Assembly: GCF_001194135.2 (NCBI RefSeq)
Contig: NC_068998.1
Coordinates: forward strand, 24,282,325-24,346,324
Direction: 5' to 3'
From: Octopus bimaculoides
Taxonomy: Eukaryota
Length of the DNA stretch: 64,000 bases
How positions within the stretch are numbered: position 1 is the stretch's first letter; every line of letters starts with the position of its first letter. The notes below the pieces were generated by a model. It saw only the letters and a program-made list of their open reading frames with translations. It was not told the origin of the DNA and did no database searches. The position numbers were made by a program, and so were the translations under genes. This document shows, one piece after another, positions 63,958-64,000 of this stretch.

Positions 63958-64000
<43 letters not shown>
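63958..64000. repeat. (TA)n microsatellite
   Basis: Read directly. Confidence 0.95.

Overview
AT-rich eukaryotic genomic DNA from a gapped draft assembly (four N-gaps). The repeat content looks like octopus (coleoid cephalopod); this is an inference from the SINE families and microsatellite style, not a search result. I cannot confidently identify any intact protein-coding gene. Almost every ORF in the supplied track comes from microsatellites, SINEs or decayed transposons. The window is a transposon graveyard: dozens of tRNA-derived SINEs (three families, called A, B and C here), RTE-LINE fragments from several families, two Tx1/L1-like LINE pieces, Penelope-like relics, one full-length but dead DD34D mariner (41470-42721), a hAT transposase relic, and hAT- and piggyBac-type MITEs. 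The most striking structure is a scrambled, fold-back Ty3/gypsy element at about 56912-58805. It carries gag, LTR, RNase H and integrase pieces on the minus strand and RT-RNase H plus LTR on the plus strand, joined at microhomologies. This creates about 245-bp inverted arms at roughly 94% identity. Other notable structures are a ~500-bp inverted duplication (15954-18455), several self-contained hairpins, and a minimal hammerhead-ribozyme-like motif in a Penelope-type tail. A few isolated candidate exons are listed at low confidence. All alignments were done by eye, and repeat boundaries are approximate unless a TSD or TIR is quoted.
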